A stretch of DNA of 64,000 nucleotides, taken from positions 3,360,001 through 3,424,000 of the forward strand of contig OZ245838.1 in assembly GCA_965228735.1 (NCBI GenBank). The letters run 5' to 3'. The notes under the pieces were generated by a model. The model had not been told where the DNA came from and searched no databases. It worked only from the letters and a program-made list of their open reading frames with translations. The translations under genes and the position numbers were made by a program. The first letter of the stretch is position 1. Every line of letters starts with the position of its first letter. Shown here one piece after another: positions 20,133 to 30,220 of this stretch. The DNA is from Planctomycetota bacterium. Lineage in GTDB: Bacteria > Planctomycetota > UBA1135 > UBA2386.

Positions 20133-21578
20133 ATGAACGTGAACCGCCGCCAGCTCATCTGCTCGTTCGGAACGACCCTCGCCTACGCCCGCCTGCGCCC
20201 GCTGCTGCGGGGTCGCGAACCGGCCGCGGGCGCCGCGCCCTCGCTCACAGGACCGGCCGGCACCGACCCGTTCCTCGCCGCCGTGATCGCGGGCGACCTG
20301 GAGCGCGTGCGAGCGCTGCTGGCGGACGACCCGAAGCTGGCCACGTGCCGCGACGACCGCGACCGCTCCGCATTCGTGCTCGCGTTCGTGCACGGCCACC
20401 TCGACGTGGCCGAGGCGATCCAGGACACCGGCATCGAGCTCGACACCATCGAGGCCGTGCTCGCCGCGGATTGGGACCGCTTCGCGGCGTGCGTCGAGGC
20501 CGACCGCGAAGACCTCACACGCGCGCACCCGATCGGCGGCACGCCGCTGCACGCGGCTGCGCTGAGCGGGTGCACGTCGAACTGGCGGCTGCGCAGCGCG
20601 GGCTGCGAACCCGACGCGATCCCCGCGGGCGGCAACGGCTTCACGGCCGCGCGCACCGCGATGGACGCGGCGCACCCGCACTGGGCGCGCATCGCGCTCG
20701 CGGACCTCTGCAGCAACGGCGCCGACGTCAATGCAGCGCAACGAGGCGGCAGCTCGGTGCTGCACGGTGCGGTCCGGCACCGCGACGAGAAGCTGGTGCG
20801 ACTCGCGGTCCGCAAGGGCGCGGACGTCACGGCCAAAGACGCCGAAGGTCGCACCGCCGCGGACCTCGCGACCGCGAGCGGCTGGGCCGCGGGCGCGAAG
20901 TTGCTCGGCAACCACGCCACGCTGCCCCGCGACAACCGCGCATCGCGCTTCGCCCTCGATGCCAATCGCGAGCCGATCGAGTTCCCCGACATGAGCGCCG
21001 TGCCGCAAGAACTGCAGAGCCGCGTGACCGGTAACTCGCACTTCCGGCTCCCCGTCGTGCGCGACCTCCTGAAGCAGAACCCGCAGCTCACGTTCTCGAT
21101 CTCGACCGACGACGAGCTCGCGATCGAAGCGTCCGCGCACATCGGCAGCCGTGACATCATCCGCCTGCACCTCGACCACGGCGCGCCGCTGTCGTTGCCG
21201 ACCGCGGTCTCGCTCGGTGACCTCGAGAGCGTCAAGTTCTGGCTCGACCGCGACCCGACCCTCGTGCACGAACGCGGCGCGCACGACTTCCCGCCGCTGT
21301 TCTTCGCGGTCTTCGGCGAAGGCTCCGTCGAGATGGCCGAACTGCTGCTCGCCCGCGGCACCCCGATCGACCAGGACAGCGCCGGCCACACCGCGCTGCA
21401 CTGGTGCGTGAAGCGCCGCGAGCACGACCTCGCCGCGTTCCTGCTCGAGAACGGCGCCGACTCCGAACCCGTCGGTCACCTCTGGGAACGCGCCGGCGAG
21501 ACGCCGCTGCAGGTCGCCCGTGCCGCCGACGACCAGAAGATGATCGCGGTCCTCGAGGGCGCGGGCGCCCGCCGCTGA
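20133..21578 (+). CDS. Tat-exported ankyrin-repeat protein
   Basis: MNVNRRQLI twin-arginine signal; GGTPLHAAA, GADVNA, GHTALHW, GETPLQVA repeats. Confidence 0.88.
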   Translation: MNVNRRQLICSFGTTLAYARLRPLLRGREPAAGAAPSLTGPAGTDPFLAAVIAGDLERVRALLADDPKLATCRDDRDRSAFVLAFVHGHLDVAEAIQDTGIELDTIEAVLAADWDRFAACVEADREDLTRAHPIGGTPLHAAALSGCTSNWRLRSAGCEPDAIPAGGNGFTAARTAMDAAHPHWARIALADLCSNGADVNAAQRGGSSVLHGAVRHRDEKLVRLAVRKGADVTAKDAEGRTAADLATASGWAAGAKLLGNHATLPRDNRASRFALDANREPIEFPDMSAVPQELQSRVTGNSHFRLPVVRDLLKQNPQLTFSISTDDELAIEASAHIGSRDIIRLHLDHGAPLSLPTAVSLGDLESVKFWLDRDPTLVHERGAHDFPPLFFAVFGEGSVEMAELLLARGTPIDQDSAGHTALHWCVKRREHDLAAFLLENGADSEPVGHLWERAGETPLQVARAADDQKMIAVLEGAGARR

Positions 21579-21704
21579 GCGTCGCCTCCCCGGCGCGCCG
21601 TCCACCAAATCCGGTCTGGACGAACGCCCCCTCCGGTCAGTAAGACTGCGTCGTTCCCGGTGGTTGCCGGGGCGCTCCATGCCACCATCAGGAGGGGGCA
21701 CCGA

Positions 21705-23453
21705 ATGACGAGCCACGGTAGCGGACAGGGTCAGCTGTTCGCCGGTCCAGACAGCAGCAAGGCGGCAGACGACATGGCGACGAAGAAGGCGGCCAAGGCG
21801 CCGTCGAAGGGCAAGCGTTCGCGCACCGAGACGGCCGAGTCGATGGCCAAGCGCCAGCGCGAGATCTCGGTCAGCGAGTTCTTCACCAAGAACCGTCACC
21901 TGCTCGGGTTCGACAGCCCGCGCAAGGCGCTGCTCACGGCGGTCAAGGAGGCGGTCGACAACAGCCTCGACGCGTGCGAGGAAGCGCGCATCCTGCCCGA
22001 CCTGCGCGTCGAGATCCGGCGCGTGAAGGGGCAGGACAACCAGTTCACGATGATCGTCGAGGACAACGGCCCCGGCATCGTGAAGCAGCAGGTGCCGAAC
22101 GTGTTCGGCCGGCTGCTCTACGGCAGCAAGTTCCATCGCCTGCGGCAGAGCCGCGGCCAGCAGGGCATCGGCATCTCGGCGGCGGGCATGTATGGCCAGC
22201 TGACGACGGGAAAGCCGGTGCGCGTGCGCAGCAAGACCGGGCCGCGCGCCGTCCCCCACCAGTTCGACATCCGGATCGACACGGCGAAGAACAAGCCGAT
22301 CACGACCGACAAGGCGATCGAGTGGGAGAAGAAGCGCGGCACCGAGGTCGCGATCGTGCTCGAGGGTGAGTACCGCCGCGGGCAGCGCTCTGTCGAGGAG
22401 TTCATCAAGCTGTGCGCGGTGGCCAACCCGCACGTGACGTTCACGTTCGTCGACCCCGACGGCAACGAGACGGTCTACGAGCGCGGCACGAAGGAACTGC
22501 CGAAGGAGGTCGAGGAGATCAAGCCGCACCCGCACGGCGTCGAGCTCGGCATCCTGCAGAAGATGATGCAGGACAGCGAGAACCGCACGGTCTCGGCGTT
22601 CTTGCAGAGCGACTTCTCGCGCGTCGGCGGCACGGTCGCGAAGAAGATCTGCGAGACCGCGGGCATCAAGCCGACGACCAACCCGCGGCGGCTGGCGACC
22701 GCGGACGCGCAGAACCTCAAGAAGGCGATCGACGCGACCAAGATCAAGGCGCCGCCCTTGAGCTGCATCGCGCCGATCGGCGAGGAGCTGATCATCAAGG
22801 GGCTCAAGAAGGAGGTCGAGGCCGACTACTACATCGCGAGCTCGCGCAACCCGGTCGTCTACCGCGGCCGGCCGTTCGCCGTCGAGGTCGGCCTCGCCTA
22901 CGGCAAGATCGGGCAGTCGCTCGAGATGACGGAGACGGGCAAGATCGTCCAGGTCACGAAGAAGCAGCAGAACCAGGACGCGCTCATGGGTGACGCCGAC
23001 GACCCGGTGAAGCTCATTCGCTACGCCAACCGCGTGCCGCTGCTCTTCCAGCAGTCGGCGTGCGCGGTCACCAAGGCCGTGATCGGCACCAACTGGCGCA
23101 ACTACGGGCTGAGCCAGCCGCGCGGCGCGCTGCCCGTCGGCCCGATGGTCATCTTCGTGCACATCGCGTCGGTGTGGGTGCCGTTCACGAGCGAGTCGAA
23201 GGAGGCGATCGCCGGCTACGACGAGATCCAGGCCGAGCTGCGGCTCGCCCTGCAGGAGTGCGGCCGCAAGGTCGGCATCCACGTGCGCAAGGGCAAGAAG
23301 CTCGCCAACGAGTTCAAGAAGCGCAACTACATCGAGACCTACATCCCGCACGTCGTCGAGGCGCTCAAGGACATCCTGTCGCTCGACGAGAAAGCGACGA
23401 CCAAGGCCACGAGCAACCTCACCGAAGTCCTCGAGAAGAGCCGCAAGCTCTAG
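21705..23453 (+). CDS. top6B: DNA topoisomerase VI subunit B
   Basis: [47 protein letters not shown]2TH region, [23 protein letters not shown]. Confidence 0.97.
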   Translation: MTSHGSGQGQLFAGPDSSKAADDMATKKAAKAPSKGKRSRTETAESMAKRQREISVSEFFTKNRHLLGFDSPRKALLTAVKEAVDNSLDACEEARILPDLRVEIRRVKGQDNQFTMIVEDNGPGIVKQQVPNVFGRLLYGSKFHRLRQSRGQQGIGISAAGMYGQLTTGKPVRVRSKTGPRAVPHQFDIRIDTAKNKPITTDKAIEWEKKRGTEVAIVLEGEYRRGQRSVEEFIKLCAVANPHVTFTFVDPDGNETVYERGTKELPKEVEEIKPHPHGVELGILQKMMQDSENRTVSAFLQSDFSRVGGTVAKKICETAGIKPTTNPRRLATADAQNLKKAIDATKIKAPPLSCIAPIGEELIIKGLKKEVEADYYIASSRNPVVYRGRPFAVEVGLAYGKIGQSLEMTETGKIVQVTKKQQNQDALMGDADDPVKLIRYANRVPLLFQQSACAVTKAVIGTNWRNYGLSQPRGALPVGPMVIFVHIASVWVPFTSESKEAIAGYDEIQAELRLALQECGRKVGIHVRKGKKLANEFKKRNYIETYIPHVVEALKDILSLDEKATTKATSNLTEVLEKSRKL

Positions 23454-23462
23454 GAGTCACCC

Positions 23463-24632
23463 GTGGCAGCAAGGAAGAAGAAGGCCATCAAGAAGGCGGC
23501 TCCCAAGAAGCGCAAGAAGCCGATGACCAGGCTCGACAAGGTCACGGTGGAGCAGATCGACGACTGCGCGCAGCACGTCTACGGCAAGATCAGCAAGCGC
23601 GACAAACCGGAGCTCAAGTACCCCGAGCGCTCGCTCAAGAACGCGCGCTACGACAAGAAGAAGGGCGGCTTCCAGATGGGTCGTGGCCGCGTCGAGCGCA
23701 CGCTCACGGTCAACACCGTCAAGACGTTCGCGCAGTCGCTCAAGCTCATGGCGATGAGCAAGGAGATGGTCGTCCAAGACGACTTCGCGACCAAGCGAGA
23801 GGCCTACTACGTCAGCAAGAACTGGGGCGAGGCCAAGTTCAACGAACAGCACGAGTCGGACACCGCGATGGACGACATCGAGGCGCTGTTCAGCCTGCAG
23901 GGCGTCACGCGCGAGCAGCTGCGGTTCCGCCCCGAGGACCACGGCGGCAACGTTGCCGGTTCGCTGGTCGTCATCGATCGTGACCGCGAGACCGGTGCCG
24001 AGGAGCGCATCGACTGCACGCGCTTCGGCAGCGGCTCGTACACGATCCCCAATTCGGTCGAGCACTTCCGGTTCGAGACCAACGCCAAGTTCGTTCTCGT
24101 GATCGAGACCGGCGGCATGTTCTCACGCCTGCACGAGCACAAGTGGTGGCGCGACAGCAACGCGATCATCATCGGCACGAGCGGCGTGCCGACGCGCAGC
24201 ACGCGCCGCTTCATCCGCAAGCTGTCGGACGACAAGAAGCTGCCGGTCTACTGCTTCAACGACTGCGATCCGTACGGGATCAGCAACATCTACCGCACGC
24301 TCAAGGTCGGCTCGGGCAACGCGGTGCACCTCAACAAGTTCTTCTGCGTGCCGCAGGCGCGTTACCTCGGCGTGACGCCGCAGGACATCCTCGACTTCGA
24401 GCTGCAGGACGCGACGCACAAGCTCAAGGAGGTCGACATCAAGCGCGCCAAGGACGCACTCAAGAACGACCCGTTCTTCCAGGCGCACAAGGAATGGCAG
24501 AAGGCCATCCAGCAGATGCTCAAGATGGGCGTCCGCGCCGAGCAGCAGGCGCTCGCGAAGTGGGGCCTGAACTTCGTCATCGACGAGTACCTGCCGCGCA
24601 AATTGGCCGAGCCGAAGAAGTTCCTGCCGTAG
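23463..24632 (+). CDS. top6A: DNA topoisomerase VI subunit A (Spo11-like)
   Basis: TKREAYY catalytic-Tyr motif, Q.ESD, TOPRIM IETGG, GVP..STR, DCDPYG, AEQQAL; 9 bp after top6B with AGGAG SD. Confidence 0.97.
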   Translation: MAARKKKAIKKAAPKKRKKPMTRLDKVTVEQIDDCAQHVYGKISKRDKPELKYPERSLKNARYDKKKGGFQMGRGRVERTLTVNTVKTFAQSLKLMAMSKEMVVQDDFATKREAYYVSKNWGEAKFNEQHESDTAMDDIEALFSLQGVTREQLRFRPEDHGGNVAGSLVVIDRDRETGAEERIDCTRFGSGSYTIPNSVEHFRFETNAKFVLVIETGGMFSRLHEHKWWRDSNAIIIGTSGVPTRSTRRFIRKLSDDKKLPVYCFNDCDPYGISNIYRTLKVGSGNAVHLNKFFCVPQARYLGVTPQDILDFELQDATHKLKEVDIKRAKDALKNDPFFQAHKEWQKAIQQMLKMGVRAEQQALAKWGLNFVIDEYLPRKLAEPKKFLP

Positions 24633-24739
24633 CGGGGCCTGCCGGCGGCGCCGCGACGGTTCCGGGTGACCTCGGGCCCCACCCGGGGCTATCGTGGCCC
24701 GGGAAGGGTGGGGAGAAGCTCCACGTTCGGATCCCGACC

Positions 24740-26146
24740 ATGCCGACCCGCTGCCCCGTCGTGACGGCTGCCGCCGTCCTGCTCACCGCTTCGTCCGTCA
24801 CAGCCCAGCTCGACTGGCTGCAGGCCGCGATCACGAATCGACCGATGGCGCGTCACGAAGCTGCAATGACGGCGGACGCCACGGGCTCGGGCGTGCTGCT
24901 GTTCGGTGGCAGCACCAACGGCGGCGTCGCCAACGACACCTGGCGCTGGAGCGGCAACGCGTGGCAGCAACTCACACCGGCCAACAAGCCCCCGGCGCGG
25001 TACGGCCCGCGCATGGTCACGGACACGACGCGAAACGTAGTCGTCATGTTCGGCGGTGTTGATCAATTGCTGCTGACACCGTTCGGGGACACCTGGGAGT
25101 GGAACGGCCAGGACTGGACGCAGCGGACACCGGCCGGTTCGCCGGCTCCCCGGAGCGGCCACGCGATGGCGTTCGACAACGCGCGCTCTCGCACGGTGCT
25201 GTTCGGCGGGCGCGCCGGCACGATCCTCCTCGATGACACGTGGGAGTGGGACGGGACACAGTGGCAACAGCAGACGCCAACGGCCGCCCCGCCCGCCCAG
25301 GAGGGTCACGACATGGCATACGACGCCGCGCACGGCTTCGTGGTCATGGCCGGCCTGACGGACATCGTGCCCGTGGGCTCATCGCCCACCATGCCAGGGA
25401 CGTACAAGTGGAACGGCACCCGGTGGTTCTTCGTCGGCGAGCGCCCGCCGGGCAACGGCGGACGGCTGACGTATGACGCAGCCCGCGAACGCGTGGTCCT
25501 CTACGGCGGCGAGGGCGGCAACGGCGTGCCGGCGCCCGTCGGCGTGTGGGACTGGGACGGTCGGCTGTGGCACAGCCGCACTACGGCGACCAACCCGCCG
25601 CTGCGGTTCTGGCACATGCTCGCCTACGATCCGAGCGCCGAGACGATCGTCGCGTTCGGCGGCCGCGATGACACGCAGCCGCCACTGCAGATCCGCAAGA
25701 ACGACACCTGGCTGCTAGGGCCCGTCACGCCGGCCAGGACCCAGATGTTCGGCACCGGCTGCAGCGGCAGTCAGGGCATCCTGGAGCTCGACGCTCCCGG
25801 CCGACCGTGGCTCGGCAGTCCGTTCCTCGCGGAATGGCGGAACACTCCGAGCGCCACGCTCCTCGCTGCGATCCTCGGCGGTTCGAACCAGAGCTGGGGC
25901 ACCACACCGCTGCCGCTCGACCTCGGCGCGTTCGGCATGCCGGGCTGCGACCTGCTCGTCGCTCCCGACGCCATCGCCGCGATCTTGCCATCGAGCCACG
26001 GCTACACGCTGACGATCCGAATCCCGGCCAACACCGCACTGCTCGGTCAGACGCTCTACCTGCAGGGCATGGCCCTCGACCCGACCGCGAACGCCGGCGG
26101 CGCCATCGCGAGCAACGGCCTCGAGTTCACGATCGGCAGTCGGTGA
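24740..26146 (+). CDS. Secreted Kelch-repeat protein with shared C-terminal module
   Basis: Signal TAQ; repeats P.AR.GH.MA.D..R...VLFGG....DTWEWDG..W. Confidence 0.88.
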   Translation: MPTRCPVVTAAAVLLTASSVTAQLDWLQAAITNRPMARHEAAMTADATGSGVLLFGGSTNGGVANDTWRWSGNAWQQLTPANKPPARYGPRMVTDTTRNVVVMFGGVDQLLLTPFGDTWEWNGQDWTQRTPAGSPAPRSGHAMAFDNARSRTVLFGGRAGTILLDDTWEWDGTQWQQQTPTAAPPAQEGHDMAYDAAHGFVVMAGLTDIVPVGSSPTMPGTYKWNGTRWFFVGERPPGNGGRLTYDAARERVVLYGGEGGNGVPAPVGVWDWDGRLWHSRTTATNPPLRFWHMLAYDPSAETIVAFGGRDDTQPPLQIRKNDTWLLGPVTPARTQMFGTGCSGSQGILELDAPGRPWLGSPFLAEWRNTPSATLLAAILGGSNQSWGTTPLPLDLGAFGMPGCDLLVAPDAIAAILPSSHGYTLTIRIPANTALLGQTLYLQGMALDPTANAGGAIASNGLEFTIGSR

Positions 26147-26220
26147 GCTCGGCGGAGTCGACGTAGAACCGGAACCGCTGCCCCGGAACAGGCCACCGAT
26201 ACGGTCCGATCGATCACGAT

Positions 26221-26300
26221 CGTGCCAACTTGTCACCTTAGACATTTTGTCATTTTCAAGATGACAGGCTATGTTACGTGCCAACAATAGACGATGACAG
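26221..26300. promoter_or_regulatory. AT-rich promoter/operator region upstream of the AbiE-like operon
   Basis: Imperfect palindrome tgtcattttcaagatgaca (26248-26266); direct repeats cgtgccaac (26221, 26277) and gatgacag (26260, 26293). Confidence 0.55.
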
Positions 26301-26321
26301 AAGGGACTCCTGTTGCCCCCC

Positions 26322-27365
26322 ATGATCGATGGCCTCGAACTCATCCACGCGATCGCCGCGCGAGTCGACCCCGCCAGAGGTGCGGCCACTCCGCACACGC
26401 GAGCCACGAGGCCTGATCAAGACGGGGGTTACAGCGGCTCGATCCAACTGCGGAACGGCCGCCGCGAACCCGCGGTGCTCTACCCGATCCGAGGCGCTCT
26501 CGGGATGCTTGCCGTCGATCGACTGGCCAACGTCACCAGCGGTGAAAGGCGCCCGCGGATCGTTCTGGCCACGCTCATCGGCGCCAAGGTCGGCGCCGCC
26601 CTCGCTCGCCATGGGATCGGCTACCTCGATCTCGCGGGCAATTGTCACCTGGAACTCGACGGCGGCGAGGTAACGATCCACATCGAAGGTCGGCGCCAGC
26701 CCGAGCACACACGCGCTTCGGCCGGAGCCCTGCGCGAAGCCGGCTATCGGGTGTTGTTCGCCCTGCTCGCCGATGAGAGCCTCCTGGCACAGACCGTTCG
26801 CGAACAAGGCGACGTGGCCGGCACGAGTCGGCACGCCGCCCACACCCTGCTCACGCGGCTTCGTGACGAAGGCCTGCTCATTCGCACCGGCCGTAGCGCT
26901 CACGTGTTTGCGCCCCACGGTCGCGCCGCGTGCATCGATCGCTTCACGAACGGCTGGGCCGACGTCCTGCGGAGCCGACTCGACCTCGGCCGTTTTCGAC
27001 TGCGCCAGTCCGACCCGGACGCGGCAGCACAGCATGTCGCAACCGTCATGCGCGCGACGGGAATACCATTCGGCTTCGGAGCGACGCGGGGTTCCGCGCG
27101 TTGGTTGCACCACCTGGAGAGCAACGAGACGACGATCCATGTGACCGATTGGCCTCCTGACCTGGCGCGACGCCTCGACGCGGCGCCGGATCGCGATGGC
27201 ACGCTGCAGGTGTTTCGAACGATGTCGATCCATGATCTATCCGCAGAGTTCGAGGAAACAGCGCATCCGTTGCTCATCCACGCCGAGCTCGCTCGCTCCA
27301 GTGATCCACGCGCCCGGGAGACGGCGATCCTGATGGCCGGACACCTGCGAACGGAACCTGGTTGA
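26322..27365 (+). CDS. AbiEi-like type IV TA antitoxin / transcriptional regulator (AbiEi_2-type)
   Basis: IGYLDLAGNCHL, wHTH-like middle region, C-terminal HPLLIHAELARSSDPRARETA; alternative TTG start at 26313. Confidence 0.8.
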   Translation: MIDGLELIHAIAARVDPARGAATPHTRATRPDQDGGYSGSIQLRNGRREPAVLYPIRGALGMLAVDRLANVTSGERRPRIVLATLIGAKVGAALARHGIGYLDLAGNCHLELDGGEVTIHIEGRRQPEHTRASAGALREAGYRVLFALLADESLLAQTVREQGDVAGTSRHAAHTLLTRLRDEGLLIRTGRSAHVFAPHGRAACIDRFTNGWADVLRSRLDLGRFRLRQSDPDAAAQHVATVMRATGIPFGFGATRGSARWLHHLESNETTIHVTDWPPDLARRLDAAPDRDGTLQVFRTMSIHDLSAEFEETAHPLLIHAELARSSDPRARETAILMAGHLRTEPG

Positions 27366-28168
27366 TGGCGCCCGATCACCACGCACTGCTCGCGCGACTC
27401 GCCAGCTCGGTGCCCGGCCGTCGCATCGTCGTGGTCGGCGCAGCCGCACTGCGTTGGCATTTCCCGTCGTTCCGTGCGACCCTCGACCTCGATGTCTGCA
27501 TCGCGATCGATCGCCTCGAACTCGATCGTGCCGACCGGTTGCCGAGCGAATGGTCGCGACACTCGACGCTACCACACCGTTGGACGACACCGACGAACGA
27601 GATCGTCGACGTCTTGCCCGCGGCGCCCGATCTGCTCGACACGGGCAAGGTGTCGTGGCCAGACGGCACGACGCTGGATCTCACCGGCATCGATCTCGCG
27701 ATGCGGGACAACACGACCTACAGCGACCAACTACCGCCGGATGTTCGCGTGGCGACCCGCCGTGCCTTGTTCCTGACCAAGGTGGCCGCGTTTCTCGATC
27801 GGCCGCACGAACGCCAGAAGGACCTCGGCGACCTCGCGTTGCTCATCGATCGTTACGTCGAAGACGACGATCCGAGGTGCTTCGACGCGCCAGAGCTCAG
27901 ACGGGCAGCGGACCACGGCCACGACATCGAGTGGGATCTGCGACCGGCGTTCCTGCTCGGCGCCGACCTACGAGCCGTCTGTACTCGGCGTCACACGGCC
28001 CGCCTGCGAACGTTCAGCGATCAAGTTCGCGATCCACAACATCGCGAACACCACTGGCTCCGGCAGTCCGCTCCCGCCTCGTGGCAATCCGATCCCGCGG
28101 CGCTATCGGACCGGATGAACGCGCTCACATCCGGGTTCGACGGCTTCTCGAATCACGGCCGGTCGTAA
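27365..28168 (+). CDS. AbiEii-like nucleotidyltransferase toxin
   Basis: VVGAAAL...RATLDLDV (G-x/DxD NTase motif), K.AAFLDR, KDLGDL; TGATG coupling to the antitoxin gene. Confidence 0.82.
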   Translation: MAPDHHALLARLASSVPGRRIVVVGAAALRWHFPSFRATLDLDVCIAIDRLELDRADRLPSEWSRHSTLPHRWTTPTNEIVDVLPAAPDLLDTGKVSWPDGTTLDLTGIDLAMRDNTTYSDQLPPDVRVATRRALFLTKVAAFLDRPHERQKDLGDLALLIDRYVEDDDPRCFDAPELRRAADHGHDIEWDLRPAFLLGADLRAVCTRRHTARLRTFSDQVRDPQHREHHWLRQSAPASWQSDPAALSDRMNALTSGFDGFSNHGRS

Positions 28169-28217
28169 CGGCCGCCCCGGTGTCGCAACCGCCAGCGACC
28201 CCGTATCCTCGCCGGCG

Positions 28218-30017
28218 ATGCGCGCGCTGCCTCTCTCGCTCCTGCTCACCGCCTGCGCGACCGCGCCGGCGCAATACCCGCCGGGACTGATCCTGCCGCC
28301 GCGTTCGCCGAACGCGGTCACGGGCACGCAGCTGCGTCCCGCGCTCTCGAACCTCGCGCTCGCGGACCGCGAACAGCTCCTGTGGCACGAGCTCGCGGCC
28401 GGAAACGTGCCGACGTTCTTGCGCACGCTCGTGCCGATCACGACGTCCGCGGTGATCCAGGGCCAGACGCGCACCGCGACGTTCTGGTGCACGCCCGACT
28501 ACGTCGGCATCGGCCGGGACAGCGACTGGTTCCGCATGCCGATGACGCCGACGCTCGCGCAGCAGCTGGCCGATCGTCTCGAGTGCGTGCTGCCGACGCG
28601 CAAGATGGTCGACGCGATCTGGACGCACGCGCCGGTCAAACTCGCGCCGTTCCCCTACCACCCGTCGTCCTACAACATCCTCTCGAGCGACCTGTTCCAT
28701 CAGCACCACCTGCAGATCGAATCGCAGCGCGGTGGTGCTCAGCAGAACCTGCTGACCGCGGGCATCAAGAAGGACGTCGTGAGCTCGGCGCGCATCGCGA
28801 CCAACCCGGGGCGCGTCTGCATCTACGGCTGGCACTACCAGAGCGGCACGCCGATCCAGCCGCTCTACAGCGGCCACACGATGTCACACGTCGACTACAG
28901 CCACGGCATCCGGCTCGTGGCCCGCGCGATGGAAGTGGACGGTCAGCGCACGACCGTGGACTCGGTGCTCGCCGATCCGCACCTGCACGTGCTGCTCAGC
29001 GACGAAGGCGCGTTCAGCAGCTGGCGCTATGCGACGGGCACGGTCGAGTCGTTCCCGTTCCGCGATCGCTTCCCGGCGGGCGGGCCCGAACGCACGAGCT
29101 GGCGCGCGAAGTTCACGAGTCCCGTGTCCGTACCGGCTCCCGCGACCGCACCGGCGCCGAGCGGCGATCCGACCGTGCTGCGCATCATGGACCCGGCGGG
29201 CGGCACCGACACGCTGCGCGTCTCTCCCGGACTCGTGACGGACGTCGGCTTCGAGGCGGACCTGCTCTGCCTGCACCGACCGCAGCTGACGGCCGACGGC
29301 TTCGAACGGATCGGCATCTTCGTGCGCGACCGGGCGAACGGTGCGTTCGAGGGCACGTTGTCACAACAGGGCGCGTGCTTCGCGCTCACCTGGGACTCGC
29401 ACACCGGCCGCCTGCAGTGCCTGCGCGCGCACGGCGGCGCGGTCGTCGACCTGTTGCCGGCGCCGCGATTCGTTCCCGGCACCGCGTGGCGCCGCTTTCG
29501 CATCGAGGCCGCGGGATCGGCGCTGGCGTTCTTCCTCGACGGCGAACGGCTGCTGTCCGTGACCGACGGCTCGCACCCGCACGGCGACTTCGGCATCGGC
29601 TACCACGAATACTTCGCGACCAACGCCAACATGCGCGGCACGCTCGTCGACCGCTGCCACGCCGACGTGCCCGGCGCGTTCGCCATGTCATTCCGCCCCG
29701 GCCCGCTGCCCGGCTCGCTCGTGCTGCGGCGCCGCCGCGGCATCCCGGGCGACCCGACGTTCACCGCGATCACGACCGTGCCCGGCCAGTTCCCGAACGG
29801 CTGGTTCTTCGGCCTCGACCCGACGCCGGCCGACCTGCTGTGGCAGGCGCAGTCCGGCCACCCGCTCTTCGTCACGAACCTCGACAGCTCGGGCAATCGC
29901 GACTTCTTCGCGAGCGGGCTGCCGCTCGGCCTGCCCGTGCAGGGGGTCGCGCTCGATCTCGACCCGTCGCTAAGGCGCTGGCAAGCGAGCCGGCCGACGG
30001 CCATCACCGTGCGCTAG
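28218..30017 (+). CDS. Secreted multidomain protein: uncharacterised N-terminal enzyme-like domain, ConA-like beta-sandwich, shared C-terminal module
   Basis: Signal peptide (APAQ, or LTAC lipobox); MPMTP..AQ..AD...LPT.KMVD, KKDVV, IYGWH, PIQP, HVDYSHG; W..FRIE..G....FFLDG...G.FGIG. Confidence 0.7.
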   Translation: MRALPLSLLLTACATAPAQYPPGLILPPRSPNAVTGTQLRPALSNLALADREQLLWHELAAGNVPTFLRTLVPITTSAVIQGQTRTATFWCTPDYVGIGRDSDWFRMPMTPTLAQQLADRLECVLPTRKMVDAIWTHAPVKLAPFPYHPSSYNILSSDLFHQHHLQIESQRGGAQQNLLTAGIKKDVVSSARIATNPGRVCIYGWHYQSGTPIQPLYSGHTMSHVDYSHGIRLVARAMEVDGQRTTVDSVLADPHLHVLLSDEGAFSSWRYATGTVESFPFRDRFPAGGPERTSWRAKFTSPVSVPAPATAPAPSGDPTVLRIMDPAGGTDTLRVSPGLVTDVGFEADLLCLHRPQLTADGFERIGIFVRDRANGAFEGTLSQQGACFALTWDSHTGRLQCLRAHGGAVVDLLPAPRFVPGTAWRRFRIEAAGSALAFFLDGERLLSVTDGSHPHGDFGIGYHEYFATNANMRGTLVDRCHADVPGAFAMSFRPGPLPGSLVLRRRRGIPGDPTFTAITTVPGQFPNGWFFGLDPTPADLLWQAQSGHPLFVTNLDSSGNRDFFASGLPLGLPVQGVALDLDPSLRRWQASRPTAITVR

Positions 30018-30220
30018 GAGCCCGGTCTACGAGAAGAGCCCAGCCAGGTCGCTACTGGCGCTCGGCGACTTCGTCCGTCTCGGTTGGCAAGTGGGTCGAC
30101 GTGGACCGCGGCCCGCCAGCTGGCCTGCATCGAGCACCCCACCTGCGTCGATTCGCGACGAAATCCGGTGCGGCGCGGCGGTCGTCTCACGCTCATCGGG
30201 AGGAACCCAGAGGTCGCCCG

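Noticed and set aside
19629..23351. 1240-aa minus-strand ORF
   Set aside because: Antisense shadow of the ankyrin gene and top6B, caused by high GC3
23463..24632. Spo11-like gene as archaeal or eukaryotic contamination
   Set aside because: Codon usage and SD sites match the host, flanks are bacterial, and bacterial Topo VI is known
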